The notes under the pieces: generated by a model | Seen by the model: only the letters and a program-made list of their open reading frames with translations | What the model was told of the DNA's origin: nothing | Databases searched by the model: none | Position numbers and translations under genes: made by a program | Assembly: GCF_009914755.1 (NCBI RefSeq) | Contig: NC_060934.1 | Strand: one strand, 5' to 3' | Origin: the human T2T-CHM13v2.0 reference genome, Homo sapiens | Length of the DNA: 64,000 nucleotides | In this document: one piece after another, positions 35,065-51,129 of the stretch | Layout of the letters: each line of letters begins with the position of its first letter | Position numbering within the stretch: the first letter of the stretch is position 1

Positions 35065-35615
35065 ATGATTTTGTACTTTAACCAGCTGAATGGAAGTACA
35101 ATCTCTTGCTATATGACACAATAATTATTTGCAAAATGAGTAAACATATCATAAGGAAATTATTTTTACAAGGTTTGAAACCTGAAATGCAGTCTATTAT
35201 CATACATAACTAAAAATAGAGCCTCAATAAACAGATTCCCAGTTTTGAAAATGCAACATTTGTACTCCACATTGTCAGTTTTCTTAGGTATATTTATAAA
35301 TACTCCTATAAAAATGTAAAGAAACACATAATGTAGATTGCTAATTTTATAATAACACAAGTTGATTTTGACATCCAACTTATTAATTATGAAATGACTT
35401 TTGGCCTAGTAACAATGAAAATGGGGGCAAATACAGATAAATGGTAATTCTTAGAATGAACTACTCAGCACCAATTCTAAGTTTTTCTTGATGGTAAATC
35501 ATAATGTTCCCTTTCTCCTCGGTTCTGCAATCTATAGGCATACCATAATTGTAATCAATAGCTTAAAAATATGTCTCTCTGTCCTATTCTGTATCTGTAT
35601 CTCTTGGATTTTTAC

Positions 35616-35758
35616 CTTTGCAATAGTCAACTGAACCATCTTCTTGGAGTACTCATGAAGATGGAAGTCTACATGGAGAATACAGGATGAATCCACTCTG
35701 TCTCCTGCAGTGAAGTCTGTTTGAAGGATGTATTTGGCTGTCTTCTGGACAGGCCATT
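35616..35758 (-). pseudogene. Antisense exon within the ENTPD1 3'UTR, candidate 3' exon of the decayed gene
   Basis: Strong acceptor ttgtttgtttctgttattag, AAG|gtaaaa donor, 143 nt; a phase-2 start fits the donor at 38519. Confidence 0.4.
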
Positions 35759-36342
35759 CTAATAACAGAAACAAACAAGTTATTTTAAAACTTATTGGAA
35801 TATTCAAATATTAACCAAAGTAGAAAAATATAATACACATCCATGTGCCCATCACAGAACTTCACTGATTATCATCATTTAGCCAGTCTTGAAGAAGCAA
35901 GTGCTAATTACAATCACAAATGAAACAAGATTCAGACTTCATGAAGAGCACTGCGCTATAATAAAAGAAGAAATGAGCACATACATTCTTTTACTGACAG
36001 TCAAATGGTGAAGGTGGGCAGAATCATTATGTGATGCAACATGGCAAAAGTATACAGACAGTGCATCCAGAGGAAGGCACCTTGCTGAATGACTAGAATG
36101 GAAGTAGGAGACATTTTGCAGGCCCCCTTCATCCTGCAGGGAGAACCAGAACCACAGCAGCTCTATTTGCCTATTCCTCTTTAAATTACAAAGTTAAAAT
36201 TTGGGAGTAGTAGAAAATCAATTGGTTATCTTATAGAGTCTCCTAGAATATTTCATTGGCATTGAGAAGGTGGAAAATGCAAATTATATACTTTAAAATG
36301 TAATTTTTGCTTTTCACATATGCTTAAAGCCTAAAACCTCTT

Positions 36343-36348
36343 AATAAA
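36343..36348 (+). terminator. Distal poly(A) signal AATAAA of ENTPD1
   Basis: AATAAA followed ~20 nt later by GU/U-rich sequence (tttgtgg, tatgtttt). Confidence 0.65.
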
Positions 36349-37941
36349 CTTCTTCTGAAATATACATTTGTGGGACAATTCTAGTATGTTTTAAATGTAA
36401 CTGTTTCATAGTGTTTATAGAGAACTCTATTTTTTTCCAACTGCAATCCCTTCTTAACCCAAATTTATAACATGCTGTATTGTATGGATCTGTCAGTAGT
36501 GGGTCAGTTAAAAGGAAGAGGGTAGGAGGAATCCTGTCTGGCTGTCATCTGCCTTATTTTTTCTTAGGCCAAGGCTTTTTAGGATAACTAAATTTTTCCT
36601 TTAGGTTTCTCCACTTGATTGGAATACCTTTGAGTCATTTTAATCCTGTCTGTAGTAGATGAAGAAATTAGGGAAGTATGAAAAACTTGGTAATTTGAAA
36701 CAAAAACTTGAATCTGATTTTAATAGAGTAGCTTAGTTCAACATGGAATATCCATTTATATTGAAACTCATTCTTTCATATAGTGTACTTGTAACCCCGA
36801 CCCCATATCTGGTACTGAGTGACAAGAGGGAAGAAAAAGGAAGGCTTTTGAGAAAAGGCCTTTTTATATGCTCTCTTTGGAATACTATAAAATTCCTAAC
36901 CCAACCCACCATCAGTAATAGAGAGGTTTTCCTAAGAGAAGCAAGGAATTTTTATTGACCAGCATTGTCTTTTATCTTGTACAATGGAAGACAGTGGGTT
37001 GGAGTTAGGGTGTAGAATTATAATTATGGAATAGAGCTATATTATCATAAGGGAAATGAAACAATTTCTGGTTTAACTGGTACCAACTGCTAGCTACTGG
37101 AAACCTAGGTACAGATAAACTGATCAGTTTTGCAACCCCAAGCCATGAAGGAGAAGTGACAGTCATTTCAAGAGGTCCTGGCCAACCTCTGTAGAGGTTG
37201 TATCTAAACCCTGAATATGTGTGAATTCATGAAACACTTATTTTCTAACATGTTTACATATCAATGGGAGTGATTAGGGATAGGGTTGAGAAAGATTATC
37301 CCATAGCTAAATCAATATTTACCTCTGACTTCTACCTCTGCAATTATTGGTACCAAGATTCCTGTCAAGTGAAGAAGGTGAGGAAGATAGATGAGATATT
37401 AGTAGAAAAGTTATGAGAGAAAAACTGAGTAGTCTCTAAAGAAATACCAAAATAACCCACACTAGGTTCAGGCAGGAGTTAACATCTAACCAGGTATATA
37501 CAGAATAATGTCATAGATAACTGGAGAAAATATATTGTAAATCGGGGAAAGGCACATAATGACTTTCTCTATACACCTCTTTGTGTCCCTTCAACCTTTT
37601 CTCTCTTCTGTGGCCTTATTTTCTATTCCAGTTTTTCTATTCCAGCACTTCTCTTTTCCTGACTTTTCTTTTGATTTCTATACCTTTTTATATCCTTCCT
37701 TCTCTTGTTCTTTCCCTTTAGGGTGCCATGCTTTACTTTTCTCCTTGCCTTGCACTTCAATTTCTGAGGGCAGTGATCTGCTAATGCTCTCACCTCAGTG
37801 ATACAGATTTAAAAACTACTGAATGATAGAAGAAAGGACTACTGGGTTGTGTATGTCAAAAATATTTTTTGTAGCACATCTATAAGGAATATTTTTAAGA
37901 CCCTTGTCTAAAAATCATGGCCTTTACATTTATGTTTCTGA

Positions 37942-38322
<381 letters not shown>

Positions 38323-38519
38323 TAACTTAATGGGGTATTTTCAATTCATAGCAATCAGAAATAACCTCGGTTGTAAATTGAATCTATAGCGCAACAAATA
38401 TTGAGTGATAATTTTATACCACTTTTGAATGTTTATACAAATGCCCTAATTTGAAAGAAGTTTGAGTGTTTCATTGAAATAAAATACCATTCCTTAGTGT
38501 AGAGAACAAAATGACTGAC

Positions 38520-39853
<1,334 letters not shown>

Positions 39854-40016
39854 TTTAACAATAAATAAAAGATAAATGCTATTGTATTAGCAATATCTCC
39901 CTTTACCCAATTCAGCAGGACACAAGATGACTTTGGTGTGATGTCTCCTAAATTGGGTTGTGCCTCATTTTCATTTCTCCTTTTTATCTACTTGTGAGCC
40001 CAAAACACCCTCCCAC

Positions 40017-40218
40017 TGAAGCAGCCTCGTTGTCTGGGGTGACACCTGAGGTTTGCTGTCTGACGGCCACAGAGATCAAGGATGCAGACACACAAAGAGT
40101 GAGGTTAAGATCAGAAATTTAACAGGTGAAAGAATAGTTCTCTGCTACAGAGAGGGGTCTTCCAAGGACTCTTTTGCCCTCACTATCTGCCTAAATAATC
40201 TCTATCTCCTGTATCACT
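40017..40218. mobile_element. Short ERV1-type LTR fragment
   Basis: TG...CA ends and 'ctcgttgtctggggtgacacctgaggt' resemble ERV1 LTRs (recall). Confidence 0.45.
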
Positions 40219-40831
40219 ATCAGCTATCAGACTGTAACTATAAGCTTTAAAAATTCCAAACTTGTTTTGGTGTTAATAAATTTTTAGTAAAAACTGGTGA
40301 ACACATTTCCCGGCATCTTTTCATTTAAAGGAATGTGTCATAACCAGGTCACTTTTACTGTAATTTGATGCATTAAAGAAGTAATCTTACAAATGTGGCT
40401 GATGACATGCTGGTTTATTGTACTGACTTCATGTCAGAAGAAACAATCAAAATATAACTTACTCCTAAAGACATTCAGCTGATAACATAAAATATTTATT
40501 ATATAAATAACATATTTGGGCTGTTTCTTGTTCTTAGTTACTATAAATAAAGCTGCTATGAACATTCATATCAGATTTATGAGTGAACAAAATTTTCATT
40601 TCTCTGGGATAAATGCCCAAGAGTGAAACTGTTGGGTCATATGCTAAGTCTGTTTCTATTTTTATAAGGAACTGCTAAACTGTTTTATAACAAAAAACAC
40701 TCCAACTTGAAATAGAGATAAAAAACAATAGATATCAGTTAGAATGAAAAAAGATAACTTTTAAAGACCTAGGATAAGATACTATAATTGACCACAAATT
40801 AGAACTGTGCTTCCTAGCAACAGGAACATAA

Positions 40832-41222
<391 letters not shown>

Positions 41223-41562
41223 TCTGGCACTAACTCCTAAGAGGGATTTTCCCAAGGATTTATAAGAAACAGGAATATAATAGTTATTTTCAATGTTGAA
41301 GATAAATGCTTCCTTGGAATGGGAGAGCAGAGATTGTGTGAGGGAAAGGAACTGTGTCAAGGCAATATGAAGTGCTGTGGGAAGTTGAGCTCTGTACACC
41401 CTTCCTGTATGTTATGTCCTGTGAGGCTAATGCCTAACAGTGCCTGGCATTGCTCAAGTGCTCCTTCTCCTGGGAAACAGAAAATTCAGAATTGTGTCTG
41501 TTCTAACTTGTATTAAATCAGTTCACAGTAGATAGTCTCAGTGTATTCAAAATAAGTTATAT

Positions 41563-41955
41563 ATGTGGCACATATACAACATATACACCATGGAATACTA
41601 TGCAGCCATAAAAAATGATGAGTTCATGTCCTTTGTAGGGACATGGATGAAATTGGAAATCATCATTCTCAGTAAACTATCGCAAGGACAAAAAACCAAA
41701 CACCGCATGTTCTCACTCATAGATGGGAATTGAACATTGAGAACACATGGACACAGGAAGGGGAACACCACACTCTGGGGACTGTTGTGGGGTGGGGGGA
41801 GGGGGGAGGGATAGCATTAGGAGATATACCTAATGCTAAATGACAAGTTAATGGGTGCAGCACACCAGCATGGCACATGTATACATATGTAACTAACCTG
41901 CACATTGTACACATGTACCCTAAAACTTAAAGTATAATAATAATAAAATAAAAAA
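41563..41955 (+). mobile_element. L1PA 3' end
   Basis: L1 3'UTR with G-rich tract; TSD aaaataagttatata. Confidence 0.93.
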
Positions 41956-42807
41956 ATAAGTTATATATTTCATTTTTTTTCTCAAAAAATCAAACCAAAG
42001 ACAAACACAAACTATTTCTTATATTTAAACTAGTACTGTGTATTGTGAAATTAGTTTTATAGAGAAAAATGCCATCAGAGTGCAAAAACTTTTCAAAGAT
42101 AGGGAAGATTGCAAGATTTTTTTCTATTGTCTCTATCAGTTTATAAATACACACACACACACATTATATGTGAAAGTCATAGAAGAGATTCTAGTACCAT
42201 TTGATAAACCTTAATTCAGTTTCTGATATATTGGTAGAATAAATACAAGTTATTACTAAGAATCATAGCATTTTAGATTTTGAAGAGCATAGAGATTATC
42301 TATTTCAACATTTCCCAGTTTGGAGAACATTACTGTCCCATATCATAATGCTTGTTCTGTGGGGAAAAAAAGTGAGTTCTGTGCTTAAATAAGTTGGGAA
42401 AATGCTGAGCTAAATACAATTTAATAAATTCCTTCAGGATTTCTAATGCTTTTAATGAGTGAATGTTCATGGTCATAGTGGGCTGCATTTCCCAAACTTA
42501 TTTGACTTAAAAAAATACTTTTTATTCCTGTAAAACTAACAATATCTCATGAAACACTATGTTTTTAGAATACAGCATAAGAATAGCTAACTGATCTGGT
42601 CCATCTCCTGTATGTTATAAATTAAATATCTGTGGCCTAAAAAAGTTATCACTTACTCTAGGTCACATACAATTAACAAGTGGCAGAGCTAAGATTTGAA
42701 CCCAAATTTCCTGATTCCCAATCCTATGGATTTCCCCCACTACTCTGCTATTATTTAAAAAATATGTTTCATAATTTTTATAAAATATTCATTTAAAATC
42801 ATGTTAC

Positions 42808-42917
42808 TAATGCCATGAAAGTCTTTATTTGGAGGCTATTCTCTGGATTCTTCCATAGAATTATTGGTTGGGGGATTTGCATCTTCATCTGAACCCCAGA
42901 CACCCATTCCAAGATTA
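42808..42917 (-). pseudogene. Decayed exon, probably post-catalytic region of the DUSP11-like gene (NLGMGVWGSDEDANPPTNNSMEESRE*PPNKDFHGI)
   Basis: tttttcttctag acceptor, A|gtaaca donor, 110 nt, phase 2-1, one internal TAG; same strand as and downstream of the 57975-58106 exon. Confidence 0.6.
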
Positions 42918-43869
42918 CTAGAAGAAAAATATCAATAAACAACAGAAGCTTAAAATTCAATCAGAAACAGTCACAGGCTTTTAGAAACATAAGCTGAACA
43001 CAAAATAAGAAAAAGGCAAATCTACACACCATTCATATCTTGGGAATCTATAGATATGTTGCCATTTGTCGTAGTGGAAACAAGAATAATACATCATCAA
43101 GCACAATTTTAGAGAGTATTTTCAATTGTTAGGATATACCCATTTTCTCCTGTGGCCAAGAGAGCATAAAAATTATTAAGGGTTTAAAGAATAGGCACTA
43201 TGAGGAAAGTTTAAAGGAAGAGATAGAGAGGAAGTGGGAAATAGGTTATGGGTACTGAAGTACTGAATTAACTAATGAGCCCTTATAAGTATTTTTAGCT
43301 TCACCAAAATATAATCAAAACAGTATACAAGATAATAATGGCATTTTAATATCTTTAATAGTGGAGATTTAGTACTAATTTTGCTTACTATTCCTCTCTT
43401 CATTAGAGACTTTTCAAGAACTCTTGCTTCAATAGATGGTTATAAATTCCATTTTTTTCTTGTTGTAGATAATACACAAGTATCCCATGACTTTAAACAT
43501 GTTTTTACTTCATCACTTATAAGATGCATATAATCAATCTGAAATTCTACAGAAAAAATTATGCATATTATAATTTTGTTTAAAAGGAATTTTAGCTGGA
43601 TAGGGATTCCTGTACAGTCCTTTAGTACATAAGTAATGACTATTTGAGGTATAAATCTCAGAGCTAATAGCTAACACTTATTGAGCTCCTACCATATTTG
43701 GCACTGTGCTAAGAGCTTTACTTGTATTAACTCATTTAATTCTTACAACAACCTGTGAGGTATTATCTCCATATTATAGTTCAGAAAACTGCAGTACAAA
43801 AATCATAAAGTGGAAGCAGTGAAATTTAAACATAGGCTTTCTGGCTGTGCAGCCCATGTTCTTAGTTAA

Positions 43870-44233
43870 TGCTATGGACTGAATGTTTGTGTGCCCCTAA
43901 AATTTATATGTTGAAGCCCTAATCCTCAAGTGTGATGGCATTTAAATGTGGAGACTTTGAGGAGTAATTAGGTCATGAGGGTGGAGCTCTCATGAATGGG
44001 AATAGTGCTCTTATAAGAAGAGACATAAAAGAGATGATCTCTTTCTTGGATATGTGAGGATACAGCAAGAAGGTGTCTGTTTGCAAACCAGGAAGAGAGC
44101 CTTCACCAGGAACTGAATGAGCTGGCATCTTGATCTTGAACTTCCCAGCTGTCAGAACTGTAAGGAATAAATTTCTGTTGTTTACACTACCCAGTGTATG
44201 GTATTTTTGTTAACAGCAGTCTTAACTAAGACA
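43870..44233 (+). mobile_element. MLT1/MST solo LTR inserted in a MIR
   Basis: tgctatggactgaatgtttgtgt ... aataaatttctgttgttt ... ctaagaca. Confidence 0.8.
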
Positions 44234-44499
44234 GCCAAAAAGTTATATTGTCTCTTTCCAACGAGGTAATTGATTTTAAGTACAAAGCAGTGGCCAGCCC
44301 TGTTCTATTTAGTACATGAGTCAACATGAGTTCAGGAAAATTTTACTTAAGTCTAATCTATTCCTAATTCAAATTATTTCTGGCCAGTTTGAATAAATCC
44401 TCCCAGATAACTCTAGTTTTCTTTCCAATACTGACCTCCAAATTACTTGAGCAGGACCTGCCTTTTTCTGAGGACTACATTTAGTCTGAAATATCTGGG

Positions 44500-44800
<301 letters not shown>

Positions 44801-44955
44801 CTCTAGTCTGAAATATCTTGATACTCACCCTCTACAAGCCTTTCCTCTTTCTGAGCTGTAGCTTACCTAGACACCTGAATTTCCTTTTCAGCTATCATTC
44901 GTTGGAACCCAGACCTGGTAGGTGTTTCTTAAAATTTTCAGGCAGTTTATTTTCA

Positions 44956-45482
<527 letters not shown>

Positions 45483-45639
45483 TCATTTGTGGGTCCCCAA
45501 GACCAGTGTCATCCTTTTAAACTAGACAAACGCTTAAACCTCATATTTTCAATTCAGTCCAACAAATATTTATGAAGAACCGAAGTAGTATTTGACCTAA
45601 AATGGCTAGTCAAAGCTGGTCCATATTTACAATCTAATT

Positions 45640-45955
45640 ACATAGGCTCTTAAAACTGGAGAACCTTTCTGGCTGTGGAGATGTGACTATGGGTGAAAGT
45701 TACACAGAGATGCAAAGTTGTTGACTTTGAAGATGAAGGAAGGGGGCCAATATCCATGAAGTGTGGGTGGCATCTAGAAGCTGCAAAAGGCAAGGAAACA
45801 AATCCCCTGTAGGGCCTCCAGGAAAGAATGCAGGCCTGGTGACACCTGATTTTAGCCCACTGAGACCCTCGTTGGACTTCTAACCTACGGAACTGTAAGG
45901 TTTTTTAAGCCACTAAATTTGCGATAATTTGTAATAGCAGCAATGGAAAATCAAC
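45640..45955 (+). mobile_element. MLT1 LTR fragment
   Basis: 'tctagaagctgcaaaaggcaaggaaaca...ttttaagccactaaattt...agcagcaatggaaa'. Confidence 0.7.
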
Positions 45956-46275
45956 CCATTGGCACTGATCACAAACTCAAATTTCCAATTTCCTCTCTGG
46001 TCCAAGTATCAACCCAAAAAGTAGGGATGTAAAATAGAACTCTGATTCATGAGGGCAGTGAATCTAGAAGGTTCTCAGACATGGGTACATGAAATGATCA
46101 CTTTTTAATTTTGATGTAATTGCTCTTGGATGGGACCAGACATCAGGTTAAAAAAATGTCATAATAAATTCTAATGTATAATTAAGTTCAAAACTCTATT
46201 CTAGGAACAAAAGAAAATAAGCATCTGAATTGCCTGTTGAGGGAATAACTTTGTTCTCTAATAGGTACCCAGGAC

Positions 46276-46566
46276 TTTTTCTTTTTTTGAGAGACAGAGT
46301 CTCACTCTGTCACCCAGGCTGGAGTACAGTGGCACCACCATGGCTCACTGCACACTCAACCTCCCAGGCTCAAGTGATCCTCCTGCCTCAACCTCCCAAG
46401 TAGCTTGGACCAAGGTACACACTACCACACCCAGCTAAATTTTTATTTTTTGTAGAGGTGGGATCTTCCTATGTTGCCCAAGCTGGTCTTGAACTCCTGG
46501 GCTCAAGTGATCCTCCTGGCTCAGCCAAAGTGCTGGGATCACAGGTGTGAGCTACTGTGCCTGGCC
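46276..46566 (-). mobile_element. AluJ
   Basis: Reverse Alu. Confidence 0.9.
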
Positions 46567-47059
46567 AGTAGCTAAGATTTCTTAGAAGACAAACACCATA
46601 TCCTTACACCCAAACTGGTACAGCTAGAAGTTTTATAGACAGCAGTCAGCACAGGTTGCCAAGATGAGCAAAGCTGTGTTTCATTAAAGCATTACGAGGG
46701 TTATCCTTCAGATTTTAGCCAAAGGACTACGTACACAACTGCAGGCACCTGTGCCCCAGCAGTTCAATGACTTTGAGAGCTGGTGAAGCTAATTATCTCT
46801 TCTCTACTTAATGCATCAACCTGGGTGATTGGTACCAAGTGAGAAACCTGGGAATCAACCCATTCTTCCCCCCAACTCACTCACCTACATCTCTTTGCCA
46901 TTATTTTAATAAGTCTCTCTTTAAAAATCTTCAACTGTTTTCCTCACCATCTCTTCTGCCACTGCCTTAGATTAGGCCCCTAATTAATTTTTCCTTTAAT
47001 TTCTGTAATTGTTCCCACACTAATCTCTGTGCCCCCAACCTACTTCCATTCTTCGATAC

Positions 47060-47876
47060 TGTGAAACATATATTTGGTCATAGTCCATTTCCTGACATAC
47101 AACTCCCAAAACCCTTGGAATCTCCAGAGTGGTAAGAGTGCCTTTTGTATACTACTGAGATGACTGGTGATTGGGGCCCCTGATAGCCTCAGCACGGGGA
47201 CTGGTCCTCAGAAAAACCAAGGCAGGATTAAAGTGTTGGGACTTTCAGCTCTATCCCCCAACCTTTGGGGAGGGGAGAAAGGCTGTAGGTTAATCTCCTT
47301 GCCAATGGCCAGTAATTTAATCCATCATCCTACCTAACGAAGCTTCCATAAAAATACAAAAGGCTTGGGTTTGGACAACTTCTGGATAGCTGAACATGCG
47401 GAGGTTCCTAGAAGGTGGCTTGCCTGGAAAGGGCATGGAAGCCTGGCTCCCCTTCCCGCGTACTTTGCCCTGTGCATCTCTTGTCTGGTTGTTCCTCTGT
47501 ATCCTTTGCAATGTCCTTTTTAATGAATGGGTAAACATAAGTGTTTCCCCGCATACTGTGAGTCACTCTAGGAAATTAATAGAATGATTTAGGAGGGGTT
47601 GTGGGAACTCTGATTTATAGTTGTCAGAAGTACAGACTGCAACCTGGGGCTTGTGATTGGCATCTGAAGTGGGGGACAGTTTTGTAAGACTAAGTCCTCA
47701 ACCTATGGGATCTGATGCTATCTCCAGGTAGATAGTGTCAACAGAATTGAATTAGCGGACACCCAGATGGTGTACATAGCAGAACTGCTTGATGTTTGTG
47801 GGAAAATCCCCACACATCTGGAGTCAGAAGTGTTGAGTAGCTGTGTGAGAGCAGGGAAAATACCTTTTTTCCTACA
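47060..47876. mobile_element. Solo LTR (MER21-like)
   Basis: TG...CA ends; 'ggttcctagaaggtgg...gggcatggaagc', 'atctgatgctatctccaggtagatagtgtca' motifs recalled from MER21. Confidence 0.65.
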
Positions 47877-48677
47877 TGTAACCTATCTATTCGAATCTAT
47901 CTTACTCTCTGGTGCCAGAATGATCTAAGATACATAACTTATTATGTGACTTCTACATAAAATGCCTCTGTGACTACATTTTGCCTTTAGGTTGCAATTC
48001 AAATCTTCGTAAGACAAGTCAGCTCCTTGGAGCTCTCACCCTTGCTATCTGCCCCTAGGTGAACCTATAATCTAGGCATTCTCACTACTTGTGAATCCCC
48101 CATGCGCCATGCTTTCACACCTCTGTGATCCAGCTTACATTGTTTTCTTTGCCTAGCCAACTCTTCCTTTACATTTCTGCTCAGACATCAGAATACTGAC
48201 TCCACTTCTCCATTAACCTTCTCTGAGTACCCATACTTTCACTATCTGAAATTGCCTTATTTGTTGAATGCCTTTCTCCAGCACCATCCACACATTCGTT
48301 GTTTCATCCCATCATCAAATGTGTTTTAGGTGCCCAAAATATTCCAGATACCGTTTAAACACTTAGAGATACCAAATCAATCAAAGTCCCTGTCCTCAAG
48401 AGGGACAGACCAAAAGCAAGTACACACATCATCTCTGATAGTAATAAGTGCTTTGAAGGAAATCAAGATCATACAATCAACAGTGACTAGAAGAGAGGAA
48501 CAGCACTAAATAAGACAGTCATGGAAGGCTGGCCCTCTGAGAAGGTGACATTTGAACCGAGCCATGCAAAGATAAAGCATTCTAGGCAGAGGAAACAGCA
48601 AGTGCAAAATCCCATCATATAAGGCCTTGCAAGCCCACACAGATTTACAATCTTCATGGCCTGGTCTGGGTTAACCT

Positions 48678-49244
48678 GAAATAATCAAAAGGATCAAAAT
48701 CCAGTCGAGATTATTCAAGTAAAAAGCTGGGAATAGCCATTTGGGAGACACAGACTCCAGAGAAATAGAGTCAGTGTTCCAAAGTTCAAAGTTAAATTAT
48801 TGCATATATAGGCAGAAAACAAAGAAGTTTAGTAGGTTTATAACATTTTCTAGAACGCTAGTTTATGAGTTTCTTTTCTGTATGGCTTGTTTTCTTTACA
48901 GTTGGTTTTCCTTTCTGATTTAAAAGAGGTATTTAACACTCCATCTTAACACGGTGTGATAGCCATGAAACCTTTGGGTGAGAAACTAAAAGGGAAGTTA
49001 ATCTATAATAAAAATCAACAGTAACAGGGAAGGGGTCTTTCCTGGAGCCCTTTAGTCATTTGTAACATTTTGTACAACAATGTAAGCAAGGAGGAAGGTT
49101 AATCTATAATCATAGAAACAAAGATTACAGCTTCCCAGGTTACAGCTGCTTGTAACGTGACTCAGGCCCCATAATCACATTTCTTTAAGGATCAAAATAG
49201 TTTGGAGTTCCAACAGCTTAGATTTTGAATTACTTATTTTCACA
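48678..49244. mobile_element. ERV1-type solo LTR
   Basis: tgaaataatcaaaagg ... ttattttcaca ends with LTR-like composition. Confidence 0.5.
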
Positions 49245-50408
49245 CCTGTCTTATTCATTGCTGAATCCTCAGAGCTAAGCAGAGTGCCAGGACACAGTAG
49301 GTATTCCATAAACACTTGTGGAATGGATAAAGTGTCTATTTGCTGGTTTACTTACCTATCTCCTTGAAGGCAAGGGCTCCTTCTGACCTCTGTAGGTCTA
49401 GTGTTGAGCTGTATGCCTGGCACATAGAGGTGCTTAACAGAGTTGCTAAGCAGCATATAAAAGATGTTGCTTGAGTACCATACAGCATATAAAAGATGTT
49501 GCATGAATACCATTATCTTCATTAGAGAAGATAAAATTAAATGGAAAGTATTCTTTAGGAATATGCCACTGAGTTTAGGCTAAAAGACACTAAGATTTTT
49601 GAATTGTTCCAGTGTTGCTTAGTTTCATAAAGTAGAAAACTGACATCCAGGCATGTTATAAAAGCAATCTTCTCAGGGAAAAATTATATATTAGTATCTA
49701 TAAATAGCAATCACAACCTTAGATGGATATTAATGTTGACATGAGCTCAGAAAATGACTTATATGAATTCTAGTAAAAGATCCCCAGAGTTAATTTTCTG
49801 GTATTGTTAATTTTCAGATGTCATCTATTGGGAAGAACATTTCTTTAGGTAGGGACTAAAAACAAGCACAAGTAAAAGGTTGCAAAGGGAAGAAGACTAT
49901 AAGGAGAGAACATTTTATCAAGCAGCTCTTATAAGAAATTAGGAACCAATAAATTTTCCTCCCAGAATACCTGAATAAATACTGAGAAGGAAATCCCTAG
50001 CTTTCAGGCAAAATTCAGTTTCTGGTTTGATTTTATTTAGCTTATGAAACACTGAAAGATCATAATGCAAACAAAACAGATATGGTGTCAAAGAAACAAA
50101 TATACATAAAACATTCATTCTTTTTATGAGCTATATAAACTATCCCAAAGACCTGTGATTTGAAAAGAAAGTGTTCCTTAGAGAAGTGGGGATTTTGTAC
50201 ATAACTGAGGTATGCGAAACATTTAGGGGTCATCTGGCAGACATGACAGCCAAAGTGACAAGAGAATGGGAATAAAAGCAAAGCCAAAGAAAGAGTTTTA
50301 TAAAACCTCTACAGTGAGAAGAATAGGAGACAACCAAAGTGATTGAGAGCTATCAGAAAAGAGGCAAACCTGGATAATTACTGTGTTCAAAATAAAAAAA
50401 TATAAGTA

Positions 50409-50634
50409 CAGGTTGAGGATCCCTCATCCATAATGCCCAGAAGTGTTTCAGATTTCAGATTTTTGTGGATTTTGGCATATTTGCACTATGCCAGTTGAGC
50501 ATCCATAATCCCAAAATCTGAAATCTGAAATGCTCTAATGATCATTTCCTTTGAGTGTCAGTTTGGTGCTCAAAAAGTTCCATATTTCGGAGCATTTCAA
50601 TTTTCAGATATTTGGATTTGGCATTCTCAATCTG
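50409..50634. mobile_element. Tigger/MER2-group MITE (MER46-like)
   Basis: TIRs caggttgag...ctcaatctg flanked by TA. Confidence 0.75.
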
Positions 50635-51129
50635 TATGTGTAGATGCCAGATGCTGCAAAGAAAAGGCTGCAGGATTTGGCTAGATTGTTGGTGATTTCT
50701 GAGAAGGCAATTTCATTAAGTGGTGAAAACAAACCACACATTTAAGAAGAGAATGGGACAGTAAAGAAATGGAGGTGGTGATCACAGCCAAGGTGTTTTC
50801 AAATGTTTGACAATAGGCACAACAAGAAAGTGGAATAGTAGTTCATACAAGAGAATAGAAACCAACAGAATACTTCTAGGTATATTTGAAAGTAAGAGGA
50901 AAGCGGCAAGGGAGATTTAAGATGCCAGAGAGGAAAGTGATAGGGACAGTGAGATCCTAGAGCTAAAAAGGAATCACATTCTGTAGAAATGAAAGATTTT
51001 TTTCTTTAAAAAAAAAAGGAAAATTTTTCTAAGAATAAGGCAAAGACTAATAAAAAGGGAAATGGGGTAGTGATCTATTCTTATAGTGATAATTAAATTC
51101 TATTGCCAATAATCTTAAGCTTTATTGTA

